Part shown: piece after piece, positions 27,157 through 36,154 of the stretch
Layout: the number at the start of each line of letters is the position of its first letter
How positions within the stretch are numbered: the stretch's first letter is position 1
Assembly (NCBI GenBank): GCA_963739515.1
Contig: CAVUAO010000003.1
Coordinates: 393,891 to 457,890 of the forward strand
DNA: 64,000 nucleotides
Direction of reading: 5' to 3'
Origin: an uncultured Chloroflexia bacterium
Lineage (GTDB): Bacteria; Chloroflexota; Dehalococcoidia; Dehalococcoidales; RBG-16-60-22
Position numbers and translations under genes: made by a program
The notes under the pieces: model-generated
Databases searched by the model: none
What the model was told of the DNA's origin: nothing
What the model saw: only the letters and a program-made list of their open reading frames with translations

Positions 27157-27185
27157 TTGCACACCTGCTAATTCTCACATATACT
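27157..27185 (+). promoter_or_regulatory. Sigma70-like promoter upstream of mtnP
   Basis: TTGCAC (27157-27162), 17-nt spacer, TATACT (27180-27185). An RBS-like GAGGAG lies before ATG 27214. Confidence 0.45.
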
Positions 27186-27213
27186 TTAAATACGTTATTA
27201 GAGGAGTCATTAC

Positions 27214-28080
27214 ATGTCTGCACCCACAGCTAGAATAGGCGTCATCGGGGGGACGGGGCTTTATGACATCGAGGGGCTGACGGAGATAAAAGAGGCGCGG
27301 CCGGAGACGCCTTTCGGCCTGCCTTCCGATGCAATAATCGTGGGGAAACTGGGCGGGGTCGGCATTGCCTTTTTGCCCAGGCACGGCCGGAACCATACCA
27401 TCTCGCCTACCAACGTCCCTTCCCGCGCCAACATCTACGCCCTCAAAGCGTTCGGGGTGGAGTTCATCATATCGTCCAACTCCTGCGGGAGCTTTAAAGA
27501 AGAGCTAAAGCCGGGGCACCTGCTCGTGCCCGACCAGATCATCGACCGCACGCGGCAAAGACAGAGCACATTCTTCGACGGGGGAATCGTGGCGCACATA
27601 CCGTTCGCCGACCCGTTCTGCCCGGTACTCAGCGACATTGTCTATAAAGCCGCTAAAGAAGTCGGGGCGACCGTCCATCAAGGCGGCACGTTCGTCGCCA
27701 TGGAAGGGCCCGCCTTCTCCACCCGGGCGGAGAGTCGATTATACAAAGCCTGGGGGGCGGACGTCCTCGGCATGACGGTACTGCCCGAAGCCAAGCTCGC
27801 GCGCGAAGCGGAAATCTGCTACGCGAGCATCGCCTGCATCACCGACTACGACAGCTGGCGCGAAAGTAAAGAAGGGGTCAGTGTCGCCACGATTCTGACC
27901 ACCATGCGCAATAACATCGACCTCGCCAAAAAGACGATAAAGCTCGCGGCGGGCAGGGTGCCACAGCAGCGCCGCTGCCAGTGCGTCGATGCGCTCGGTC
28001 CGGCCATCGTTACCGACCTCTCCCTGGCATCCGCCGACGAAAAGAAAAAGCTCGGAATACTCATAGTGAAATATATATAA
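27214..28080 (+). CDS. mtnP: S-methyl-5'-thioadenosine phosphorylase
   Basis: 288 aa. ..IGVIGGTGLYD.. N-terminus and ..GMTVLPEAKLAREAE.. are typical of MTAP/PNP-family trimeric phosphorylases. Confidence 0.85.
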   Translation: MSAPTARIGVIGGTGLYDIEGLTEIKEARPETPFGLPSDAIIVGKLGGVGIAFLPRHGRNHTISPTNVPSRANIYALKAFGVEFIISSNSCGSFKEELKPGHLLVPDQIIDRTRQRQSTFFDGGIVAHIPFADPFCPVLSDIVYKAAKEVGATVHQGGTFVAMEGPAFSTRAESRLYKAWGADVLGMTVLPEAKLAREAEICYASIACITDYDSWRESKEGVSVATILTTMRNNIDLAKKTIKLAAGRVPQQRRCQCVDALGPAIVTDLSLASADEKKKLGILIVKYI

Positions 28081-28095
28081 AGAGAGACAGGGACG

Positions 28096-28196
28096 GATTC
28101 TTCCCCGATTTACATCGGGGTCAGAATGACAAAAGAGATCAAGCAAGATGAAATAGAGATTGCCACGCCCCGATTGCATCGGGGCTCGCAATGACA
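28096..28196 (+). repeat. Two '..T(C/G)(A/C)GAATGACA' hairpin repeats (family E)
   Basis: GGATTCTTCCCCGATTTACATCGGGGTCAGAATGACA lies at 28096-28131. GAGATTGCCACGCCCCGATTGCATCGGGGCTCGCAATGACA lies at 28156-28196. Confidence 0.8.
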
Positions 28197-28212
28197 ATGA
28201 GGAGCGTGTATT

Positions 28213-29247
28213 ATGTCAAATACGGAGTTCTATTGCCTGCCCACGATCATCGGCAGTGTGCCCCATACCGACCCCAAAAAGGCGTGCGCGCTGCTCGTCC
28301 GCTACCTCAAAGACATCCCCACCTGGCCGCAGCTCCCGAGGATGTCGTTCCTGGAGAACATGTACGTCCAGTACAGCGAGGGCTTCCCGGGGGCGGTCGT
28401 GGAGAACAACCGCATCTATATCGATACCGCCAGCGACTATACGAAGTCGCTCGAAACGCTTTACCAGGCCTACCTGGACAACGATTTCTCCAAATATGGC
28501 ATGGGACGCGACCATGTGGCCGGGTTTTACGCCCTGCTCGAGCAGAAGGGCCTGTCCCCGAAAGCGGTCAAAGGGTGCGTCACCGGGCCATTATCATGGG
28601 GGATGACCATTACCGACGAAAACAAACGGTCGATACTCTACCACGAAATCCTCGGCGACGCCGTGCCAAAGTTTTTAAAGCTCAAGGCTAAATGGGAGGA
28701 AAACCAGCTCAGGAAAATCTCGAAGAATACCATCATCTTCGTCGATGAGCCTTACATGGCGTCGTACGGCTCCTCCATCGCCGCCGGGGCTTTCGCCAAG
28801 CCGGAAAAAATCGTCGAGATGATTGATGAGGTCTTCGACGGCATCAGTGGGCTCAAGGGCATTCACTGCTGCGGCAACACGGACTGGTCGATACTCCTGA
28901 AAACAAAAATGGATATCCTTAACTTCGACGCCTACGCCTACGCGCAGTCGCTGGCTTTATACCCCGATGAAGTTAAGAAGTTTATCGCCAGGGGCGGCTG
29001 CGTAGCGTGGGGTATCGTCCCCAACCAGAACGAACCGGTCGGGAAGGAGTCGATTGCCAGCCTGAAGGACCGGCTGCTCGAGGCGATGGCGCCGTTCACC
29101 CGCAACGGGCTATCCATTAAAGAAATCGTCAAGCACAGCCTGCTGCTACCCTGCTGCGGACTCAACGCGCTGACCGAAGAGAACACGGAAAGGGCGTTAC
29201 AGCTCCTCACGGAGCTATCCGCCGAGATGAGGAAGAAATATTTGTAA
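28213..29247 (+). CDS. MetE-catalytic-domain-like (URO-D/CIMS-like) methyltransferase family protein
   Basis: 344 aa, roughly the size of core-MetE-type enzymes. It has ..GSVPHTDP.. and ..IHCCGNTDW.. (candidate His/Cys metal ligands). The assignment is from memory of the family and is tentative. Confidence 0.45.
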   Translation: MSNTEFYCLPTIIGSVPHTDPKKACALLVRYLKDIPTWPQLPRMSFLENMYVQYSEGFPGAVVENNRIYIDTASDYTKSLETLYQAYLDNDFSKYGMGRDHVAGFYALLEQKGLSPKAVKGCVTGPLSWGMTITDENKRSILYHEILGDAVPKFLKLKAKWEENQLRKISKNTIIFVDEPYMASYGSSIAAGAFAKPEKIVEMIDEVFDGISGLKGIHCCGNTDWSILLKTKMDILNFDAYAYAQSLALYPDEVKKFIARGGCVAWGIVPNQNEPVGKESIASLKDRLLEAMAPFTRNGLSIKEIVKHSLLLPCCGLNALTEENTERALQLLTELSAEMRKKYL

Positions 29248-29288
29248 GTCGTGCTATAATTGAGTGAATTAATACAAAAGGATTAAAA

Positions 29289-29771
29289 ATGAAACGACAA
29301 AGTATTAATGAAGATTTAGATAAAAGTAGAATATTGAGTCAACTTAAAAAATACGCAAGAGAAAACAATCTTTCAAATAAACAACTTGCAGAGAGTCTGG
29401 GGGAACCCTACAACAGTCTTAAAAAATGGGAATTCTTTACAACTGCGAAACATGCTCGAAAACCTTCAAAAAAGCATTTAAACAAAATAGACGAATTCCT
29501 AAATAATAAGAATATACCTGAAAATTACGAACGAATTAACACTGCTAGGCATAGAGCAGAAAAGATAAAGTACATTCTACTACTCCTCGAAGATGAATTA
29601 AGATGGTTTCGAGACAACGAACCAAGAATGAGAGATGAATTTCGTAAAGAACTCGACGCTTCTGATATAGGTTACATTTCCAGTTTAATGACTATGTTGA
29701 CTGAAGAGGAGAAATTCAAAAGATGGTTAGCTCTTACCACCTCTCGCTTCCAAGCGTTTAAAAAGGGGTAG
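29289..29771 (+). CDS. Small HTH (XRE-like) protein, AT-rich islet gene 1
   Basis: 160 aa. ..NNLSNKQLAESLGEPYNSLKKWE.. is a helix-turn-helix pattern. The C-terminal half is predicted helical. The first 52 nt contain 13 G+C. Confidence 0.55.
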   Translation: MKRQSINEDLDKSRILSQLKKYARENNLSNKQLAESLGEPYNSLKKWEFFTTAKHARKPSKKHLNKIDEFLNNKNIPENYERINTARHRAEKIKYILLLLEDELRWFRDNEPRMRDEFRKELDASDIGYISSLMTMLTEEEKFKRWLALTTSRFQAFKKG

Positions 29772-29776
29772 TTGAA

Positions 29777-31303
29777 ATGACAAAAAAGAAAATCCGCGGT
29801 AATCTCGGGGTTTTACTTACTTACCTTGGCAGATTATACGGTACTCCGGCAAATGCTATTAAAGAATACACAAGCAATGCTTTAGATGAATGGATTAAAG
29901 CTAAAGAAAAAGGAACGATAGTTGGCCCATGTGAAGTTGTGTATAGCCTAGAAAAAAGTAAAATCAGCATTGAATATAATTCGCCGGGTATGGATGAAAA
30001 AGAATTTCAAGATGCTCTTAACAGAGTGGCGGATTCAATTAAACGTGAATTAACTATACCACAAATTGGAGAATTGGGGATAGGGATTTTCGCATTTAAT
30101 CAGGTTGGAGGTACTTGCACATTTCTCAGTAAAAAATATAAGGGAGCGCCTACAATAAAGGTAACTCTAACAAGTAATTCCGACGAGTACGAAATAGAGA
30201 TTGCAAAAAAAATGGAGTCTCTAATTAATCCAGGCATGAAAATTATTATAACTCGTTTACATCACGACCCGACAAAACTTAGAGGATCTTTATCTCCACA
30301 AGTACTACAACGCTTTTTTGCAGAAAAATTTGATTCGTACCTTAGAAAAAATAGCCTGATACTTAAACTCAATTCTCTTGATAAAATACTTAACGTACAA
30401 CCAATAGAGATTAGTTTACCCATTATTGGACAGGCTTTTAATGAAGTGCACCTTTCTGATGAATGGCTCAAAATTTTCCGATGTCAATTCTGGTTCGACT
30501 CATCGCAAAAAAGCCACGTCTCAATCCGCCATACGGGCGTTTCAATAATAGAAGACTTAAGTACTTATCCAGCTTATGGGCTAGAAAAAAGTATATATGC
30601 AAGTGGTTTCTTAAGAGGTTATATTGATGCCGATTTTCTTAAACCTCTTCCGTCTCGAACAAGCTTTGAAGAAAACCAAGATTGGGTTCAATTTCTAGTA
30701 GAGCTTGATAAAATACGACCGTCTCTTGAAGCAGAAATCGACGAATTACGCAGGATAGAACAAGAAAAAAGACTTACAGAAGTACAAAAAAAGGCTATCG
30801 AAATCGCCCGTGAGATTCTTGAGCAAGAGCAATTCCGAGACCTGGAATTGTTAAAAGGATTAAGAAAGAAACGAGGTCCGACTGTTCATGTAGGAGTCTC
30901 ACACAAACAGGGTAGGCAAACTGGCGAGCGCTCAAAAAAATCTGGCGAGGCTGGTCACTTGGGTGGCTTTCGAATTGGGTATCTTGAGGAAGCATTTGAA
31001 GATGGGCCATCCCGACATAGTGAATTTGTTGCTGGAACAGTGCGGGTAAATAAACTCAATCCCGATTTCGTTCGAGAGAGTTCTGAGCAATCAAAACTTG
31101 TATACGGCGCGCTTATGGTTGGAAAAGAGGCAATAGTATATGGTGATAAGTCACATGCAGCAGACTATTTCCTAGAAAAATTACTATCATATTTGTTTCA
31201 AGTAAAGGTTAAAACAGGTGAGAACCTTAGTATAAATCTTAAAAAAGGAAAAATTACACCTCTTAAGATAGGTATACATAAACAAACTACTCTTAATCTT
31301 TAA
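29777..31303 (+). CDS. GHKL-type (HATPase_c_3 / MORC-like) ATPase with uncharacterised C-terminal two-thirds, AT-rich islet gene 2
   Basis: 508 aa with an N-box EYTSNALDEW (ExxxNAxD), a G1-like YNSPGMD and a G2 IGELGIGIFAF. The later segment RKKRGPTVHVGVSHKQGRQTGERSKKSGE is basic. It starts 5 nt after gene 1. Confidence 0.55.
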   Translation: MTKKKIRGNLGVLLTYLGRLYGTPANAIKEYTSNALDEWIKAKEKGTIVGPCEVVYSLEKSKISIEYNSPGMDEKEFQDALNRVADSIKRELTIPQIGELGIGIFAFNQVGGTCTFLSKKYKGAPTIKVTLTSNSDEYEIEIAKKMESLINPGMKIIITRLHHDPTKLRGSLSPQVLQRFFAEKFDSYLRKNSLILKLNSLDKILNVQPIEISLPIIGQAFNEVHLSDEWLKIFRCQFWFDSSQKSHVSIRHTGVSIIEDLSTYPAYGLEKSIYASGFLRGYIDADFLKPLPSRTSFEENQDWVQFLVELDKIRPSLEAEIDELRRIEQEKRLTEVQKKAIEIAREILEQEQFRDLELLKGLRKKRGPTVHVGVSHKQGRQTGERSKKSGEAGHLGGFRIGYLEEAFEDGPSRHSEFVAGTVRVNKLNPDFVRESSEQSKLVYGALMVGKEAIVYGDKSHAADYFLEKLLSYLFQVKVKTGENLSINLKKGKITPLKIGIHKQTTLNL

Positions 31304-31373
31304 ATCACCTGCTGACAAAATAAATACAAATTGATACCAATTAAATGTTTATTGTTTTGGATTTTTTAAACCT

Positions 31374-31481
31374 ATGAAGGATTTCAAGGGCAAGGTGGCG
31401 GTGGTGACGGGCGGGGAAGAAGTGACAGGTAAGACAAGGATGGTACGAGGGCGGCGGGTGGGAAAAGATAAAAAGGAATAA
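31374..31481 (+). pseudogene. Orphan 5' fragment of an SDR paralogue
   Basis: ATGAAGGATTTCAAGGGCAAGGTGGCGGTGGTGACGGGCGGGG matches the start of the SDR gene at 31515-31557 at 36/43 positions (last 22 nt identical). After the MKDFKGKVAVVTGG codons it diverges and stops. Confidence 0.7.
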
Positions 31482-31514
31482 AAAAAGAAGTTACGGGGGG
31501 AAAAGAGGGGATAC

Positions 31515-32371
31515 ATGAAAGACTTTACCGGAAAAGTGGCGGTGGTGACGGGCGGGGCGAGCGGGATAGGGTGGGGAATAGCGGAGAGGTGCGCCGCCGA
31601 AGGGATGAAGGTGGTCATCGCGGACATCGAAGAGGGAGCCCTGAAGCAGGCGGAAAAGACGCTGAAAGTCGGAGGGGCGGACGTACTAGCGGTAAAGACC
31701 GACGTTTCAAAGATAGTCGAAATAGAAAAGCTGGCGCAAAAGACCCTCGAGGCTTACGGCGGGGTACACCTGCTCTTTAATAACGCCGGGGTGAACACGG
31801 ATATTTCCTTACGCAAGCCGGTCTGGGAAAACACGTCCGGCGACTGGGAATGGATGATAGGGGTCAACCTGTGGGGGGTCATTAATGGGGTCAAGGTCTT
31901 TCTGCCGATAATGATGCGGCAAAACACGGCATGCCACATCGTCAATACGGCGTCCATGGCGGCCTGCTGCTGGAGCCGCAGCTCGTGATTTACGCCGTCA
32001 CTAAAGCCGGCATCATCGCCCTTTCCGAAGGACTTTATATCCAGCTCAAGGAAAGAAATTCTCCCATCGGCGTGAGCGTCCTTTGCCCGGCGTTCGTCAG
32101 CTCACGGATTTTCGAGGCGGAAAGAAACCGGCCGGGCAACCTCAAAAACCCGCCCGAACCTCCTAAAGCTCGCCCGCAAGCCGCGCTGGTCAGCCAATTC
32201 AACAAGGTCGTCCCGACGCTGACGCCGGAACAGAGCGCCGATATCGTGTTCAAGGCGATAGGGGAGGGGACCTTCTATATCTTTACCGACCCGCTGGTGC
32301 AGGAGCTCTTCAGACAGAGGGCGGAAAACATATTGAAGGGTAAAAATCCAGAGAGGCCGCACGTAACATAG
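31515..32371 (+). pseudogene. Short-chain dehydrogenase/reductase (SDR); 1-nt deletion near 31957-31962
   Basis: TGGASGIG cofactor motif. Track ORFs 31515-31988 and 31931-32371 join as ..HIVNTASMA|GLLLEPQLVIYAVTKAGI.. (YxxxK catalytic motif in the second part). Confidence 0.85.
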
Positions 32372-32403
32372 AAAATACACCTGGAGATATAGTAGTACGG
32401 CGA

Positions 32404-32856
32404 TTGCGTAAAAAAGACCTGAATGCCGTCTACGAGCTCATCCAGAAGACAATCGACGTCTCGTACAACAGAGTCTATCCCCCAGAAGCCATCAAATTTT
32501 TTAAAGCGTTTCATAGCCAGGCAACCATTCTGAAAGACGCCGCCGCAGGGTACACGGTCGTGGCGGAACGGAACGGCGAGATACTGGGGACGAGCACGCT
32601 GATAGATTGCCATATTCAAAGGACTTTCGTCAGTCCGGCCTGCCAGCGGCAGGGCGTCGGCGGGATGCTGGCACAGGAACTCGAGAAGAAAGCGTCCCGG
32701 CGGAAACCCGATTATCTTACCCTGGAAGCTTCACTCGTGTCACGGCAATTCTGGGAAGCGCGCGGGTTCACCGTCCAGGAAGAGACTTTCATACCGGTAA
32801 AGAACGGGCAAAAACTGGTCTATTATAAAATGAGCAAGAAGATAAATCGAGCCTGA
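32404..32856 (+). CDS. GNAT family N-acetyltransferase
   Basis: 150 aa with the ..QRQGVGGMLAQELE.. acetyl-CoA binding motif (Q/RxxGxG/A). Confidence 0.75.
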   Translation: MRKKDLNAVYELIQKTIDVSYNRVYPPEAIKFFKAFHSQATILKDAAAGYTVVAERNGEILGTSTLIDCHIQRTFVSPACQRQGVGGMLAQELEKKASRRKPDYLTLEASLVSRQFWEARGFTVQEETFIPVKNGQKLVYYKMSKKINRA

Positions 32857-32905
32857 GTATCGGCGGGGGTAGCGGGAAACGCCGAATTAAGCTATAGTAT
32901 TACTG

Positions 32906-33004
32906 ATGAACAAAACAAGACGAAATGCCTGGCACAAACACCTCAAAATGGCCAAAAAAGCCAAAGAGAAGAGTCAAGCCCAGGCCAAGACGGCAAAAAA
33001 GTAA
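32906..33004 (+). CDS. Candidate 32-aa Lys-rich micro-protein
   Basis: MNKTRRNAWHKHLKMAKKAKEKSQAQAKTAKK*. No clear SD. Its composition resembles the micro-ORF at 12223. The stop overlaps the start of the AT-rich cassette. Confidence 0.3.
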   Translation: MNKTRRNAWHKHLKMAKKAKEKSQAQAKTAKK

Positions 33005-33120
33005 ATTCTAAATCCGAATATCGAAATCCTAAACAAATTCAAATTACCAAGTAATTAAAAACCCGGTGATTTAAATTTTGATATTGTTCAGGATTTAGCG
33101 CTTAGAATTCAGGATTTAAA
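33002..33120 (+). repeat. AT-rich ~110-bp promoter-like cassette, copy B (paired with 11141-11248)
   Basis: TAAATTCTAAATCC..CTAAACAAATTCAAATTACC..AAATTTTGATATTGTTCAGGATTTAGCGCTTAGAATTCAGGATTTAAA. It contains TTGATA (33078-33083), a 19-nt spacer, then TAGAAT (33103-33108). The ATG at 33121 is 12 nt downstream. Confidence 0.7.
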
Positions 33121-34125
33121 ATGTCCCAACTGCCGGAGCTAATCAAAGCCCTGCTCGACCCCCAAGCCTATCCCGACCTGCCACCCAGAGTTGAGCTCAT
33201 CCAGACGCAGATATCCTATGTCTTTCTCGCGGGGGAGTACGTCTATAAAATCAAGAAGCCGGTGGACATGGGCTTCCTGGACTACACGACGCTGGAGAAA
33301 CGCCGCTATTACTGCCAAAGGGAGGTCGAGCTTAACCGGAGGCTCTGCGCGGACACCTACCTGGGGGTGGCACCGATAACTAAAGAAGGCAACCGGTTCA
33401 TCATCGGGGGAAAAGGTCGGGCAGAGGAATACGCCGTCAAGATGCGGCGCCTGCCGCCGGAAAACATGATGGACGCGCTCCTCGCCGGAAACAAGGTCAC
33501 CCTGAAAATGGTCGGCGAGGTAGCGAAAACGGTCGCCGATTTCCACAAAAGGGCGGCCACCAGCGAGGAAATCAGCCGCACCGGCGGCATCGAGGGCGTC
33601 ATCCAGAACACGCAGGAGAACTTCGCCCAGACGGACAAATACTTTAAGATAATCATTGAGCCGGAGACCTACCGAAACATCAAAGCTTATACCGAGGACT
33701 TCATTAAGAACAATACGGCACTTTTCCATAAACGCATGGTCGAGGGGCGCGTGCGGGACTGTCACGGCGACCTCCACGCCGCGCACATCTGCTTTTACAA
33801 GGGCATCTGCATCTACGACTGCATCGAGTTCATCGACAGATTACGCTATACCGACGTAGCCGCGGAGGTGGCCTTCCTGGCGATGGACCTCGACCACTAT
33901 CAACGGAGCGACCTGGCGGACAAATTCATCCGAGAATACGTCAAAGAAAGCGGCGACCGGGAGCTCATGAAGCTGCTCAATTTTTATAAATGCTACCGGG
34001 CATACGTGCGGGGCAAGGTCAACTGTTTCCAGTACGACGACCCGCAAATACCGGCGGCGGAAAAAGAAAAAGCGAAAGCCAGCGCCCGGAGCTATTTCAA
34101 GCTGGCGGAATCGTATATCGAGTAG
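33121..34125 (+). CDS. Aminoglycoside-phosphotransferase-like (APH/ChoK family) kinase
   Basis: 334 aa with the ..DCHGDLHAAHICF.. catalytic loop (HGDLHxxN-like) and ..IYDCIEF.. (DxxE/D metal site). Confidence 0.7.
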   Translation: MSQLPELIKALLDPQAYPDLPPRVELIQTQISYVFLAGEYVYKIKKPVDMGFLDYTTLEKRRYYCQREVELNRRLCADTYLGVAPITKEGNRFIIGGKGRAEEYAVKMRRLPPENMMDALLAGNKVTLKMVGEVAKTVADFHKRAATSEEISRTGGIEGVIQNTQENFAQTDKYFKIIIEPETYRNIKAYTEDFIKNNTALFHKRMVEGRVRDCHGDLHAAHICFYKGICIYDCIEFIDRLRYTDVAAEVAFLAMDLDHYQRSDLADKFIREYVKESGDRELMKLLNFYKCYRAYVRGKVNCFQYDDPQIPAAEKEKAKASARSYFKLAESYIE

Positions 34126-34129
34126 GCTG

Positions 34130-34612
34130 ATGAAAAAATTTCAAATAAGACGAATAAATAAGAATGATAGAGACTGGATAATCCAGGTATTACGGGAGTG
34201 GTGGGCGGGACCGACAATCGTGACGCGCGGCAAGGTGCACGAGGCAGACAAGCTGCCGGGGTTCGTTGCGGCAGACGAGGGGATAAAGGCCGGACTGATA
34301 ACTTATGAGATAGTGGGAAAAGAATGTGAAATCGTTTCGATGAACAGCCTGGCGGAGGGAAAAGGGGTGGGGTCGGCGCTGATAGACGCCGTCAGGAAAG
34401 TCGCTGCCAAAGCCGGGTGCAAAAGATTATGGCTGATAACCAGCAATGACAACACGAAAGCTCTGCGATTTTACCAGAAGAGAGGCTTTCATCTGGTGGC
34501 CGTCCACCGCGGGGCGATTGACCGGTTGCGGAGACTTAAGCCGGAGATACCGCTGACCGGCAACGACGGGATACCCATCAGAGATGAGATTGAGATGGAG
34601 ATGGTACTGTAA
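34130..34612 (+). CDS. GNAT family N-acetyltransferase
   Basis: 160 aa with ..EGKGVGSALIDAV.. and the ..ALRFYQKRGF.. C-terminal GNAT pattern. Confidence 0.75.
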   Translation: MKKFQIRRINKNDRDWIIQVLREWWAGPTIVTRGKVHEADKLPGFVAADEGIKAGLITYEIVGKECEIVSMNSLAEGKGVGSALIDAVRKVAAKAGCKRLWLITSNDNTKALRFYQKRGFHLVAVHRGAIDRLRRLKPEIPLTGNDGIPIRDEIEMEMVL

Positions 34613-34618
34613 CCGGAG

Positions 34619-34653
34619 GAGATTGCCGCGTCGCTACGCTCCTCGCAATGACA
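34619..34653 (+). repeat. Family E hairpin repeat
   Basis: GAGATTGCCGCGTCGCTACGCTCCTCGCAATGACA. Confidence 0.75.
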
Positions 34654-34672
34654 AATTAAACGGAGGCTTAAG

Positions 34673-35272
34673 ATGAGAGAACCGTTTGCCAAATATATCA
34701 AAAGCAAACTGCCGTCCGGCTTCCTGCTCATCGCGTGCGGGCTGCCGGGGACGTGGAAAACGGAGACCACCGAGGAAGTCCAGAAAATCAAGGGGGGCAA
34801 GCTGCTGCGGAGCGACATCATCCGCCTTGAAGTGTTAAAAAACGAGGACATCTTCGACACCAAAGTGGCGGGCGACATGAAAAAGCGGACGCAGGTCTAC
34901 GACGTCATGTTCGAGCAGGCGGACGAGGCGCTCAAAAGCAACAACATCGTCATCCTCGACGCCACCTTCGTGACGCAGTCGTTAAGGCAGCGGGCGGCCG
35001 CCATCGCCGCCAAACACAAAAAGACATTCGTTATTTTACAGACGGACTGTCCGCGGGAGGTATCGATAAAACGGATTCTGGCGCGCGACAAAGAGAACTA
35101 CGTCTCCAACGCCCTCACCGAGGAAGCCTACCTCAACAACAAGAAAAAGTTCGAGGCGGTGGACACCGACAACCTGAAAAAGCAGCACCCGGGACTGAAA
35201 GTCATCCACCTAGTGGTGGATACCACCAAAGACCCGCCGGAGGAGTGGTACATCATCGGGGAGAGGAAGTAA
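34673..35272 (+). CDS. P-loop kinase-like ATPase (AAA_33-like) with atypical Walker A
   Basis: 199 aa. The Walker A reads GLPGTWKT, with Trp where GxxGxGKT has Gly. The Walker B-like motif is ..IVILDATF. Confidence 0.6.
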   Translation: MREPFAKYIKSKLPSGFLLIACGLPGTWKTETTEEVQKIKGGKLLRSDIIRLEVLKNEDIFDTKVAGDMKKRTQVYDVMFEQADEALKSNNIVILDATFVTQSLRQRAAAIAAKHKKTFVILQTDCPREVSIKRILARDKENYVSNALTEEAYLNNKKKFEAVDTDNLKKQHPGLKVIHLVVDTTKDPPEEWYIIGERK

Positions 35273-35290
35273 TCAGCAATTAACAGTCAC

Positions 35291-36154
35291 ATGAAGATAG
35301 ACTTGCATATCCACACCAAAACGGGGTCGGACGGGGCACTCGCCATGGAGGAGGTCTTTCTAGAGGCTAAGAAAAGGAAGATAGAATTTCTATCGATTAC
35401 CGACCACGACTCCATAGAGCACCAGAATAGAGCCATCAAGCTGGCGAAAAAACATAACATCAAGTACGTTACCGGAGTAGAGCTCAACGTCACGTTCCCC
35501 TACCAAGGCAAAGACGTGTCGCTGGACTTCCTGGGGTACGGATACGACTATAAAAACACGCCGTTAAACGAGAAACTCCGCCTGATAAGGGAGCACCGGG
35601 GAAAAAGGGCGCGGCAGATAATCGCGAACTTAAATGCCGAATTCAAAAAGGAGGGCCGACCCCTTTTCACCGAAAACGACCTCGTGAAAATGCAGGAAGG
35701 CGTCGATGGGATACTGAGTCGGCCCCACATCGCCGATTACCTGATAAACCGGGGAATAGTAAGAGACCGGCAGGAAGCCTTCGACCGATACCTGGTAAAG
35801 TGCGACGTCCCCAAGTACCCGCTGTCTTTAGAGGAAGCCGCGGCGCTGATAAGAGGGGCGGGCGGCAAAATCGTCCTCGCCCACCCCAACGACCCCAACG
35901 GGACATCGCTCATCAGCGTGACGAAAGACCTGACCGGGCAGACGGATATCATCGAGAAAAAGATGCTGAATGACATCGACGGGATAGAGTGCTGGCACTC
36001 GCGCCACGACGCGGCGACGACGCAGCACTATATCGCGTTCTGCCAGAGGCACCAACTCTTAATGACCGGCGGCAGCGATTGCCACCAGAAGCCGATATTG
36101 ATGGGCACGATAGGGGTGGGGGAAATGGCGGCGGGGGAGTTTAAATATTCATGA
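35291..36154 (+). CDS. PHP-domain phosphoesterase
   Basis: MKIDLHIHTKTGSDG.. is the HxH motif of the PHP family. ..ITDHDS.. and ..GGSDCH.. are further metal motifs. Confidence 0.8.
   Translation: MKIDLHIHTKTGSDGALAMEEVFLEAKKRKIEFLSITDHDSIEHQNRAIKLAKKHNIKYVTGVELNVTFPYQGKDVSLDFLGYGYDYKNTPLNEKLRLIREHRGKRARQIIANLNAEFKKEGRPLFTENDLVKMQEGVDGILSRPHIADYLINRGIVRDRQEAFDRYLVKCDVPKYPLSLEEAAALIRGAGGKIVLAHPNDPNGTSLISVTKDLTGQTDIIEKKMLNDIDGIECWHSRHDAATTQHYIAFCQRHQLLMTGGSDCHQKPILMGTIGVGEMAAGEFKYS

Noticed and set aside
28081-28212. Riboswitch (SAM/cobalamin) upstream of the MetE-like gene, and a B12 riboswitch upstream of nrdJ.
   Set aside because: The MetE-like leader consists of two family E hairpin repeats with no recognisable riboswitch core. 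nrdJ is translationally coupled to nrdR, so it has no leader of its own.
29250-31373. Flanking direct repeats or att sites for the HTH/GHKL islet.
   Set aside because: Only an 8-bp AATACAAA match (about 29270 and 31322) was found. That is too short in AT-rich DNA to count as a target-site duplication. No integrase or tRNA is adjacent.
31349-31627. 92-aa minus-strand ORF across the SDR 5' duplication.
   Set aside because: It is antisense to the SDR start and to its orphan copy. The repeated ..PPVTTATFPVKSF.. and ..PPVTTATLPLKSF.. are simply the reverse translation of the duplicated GKVAVVTGG codons.
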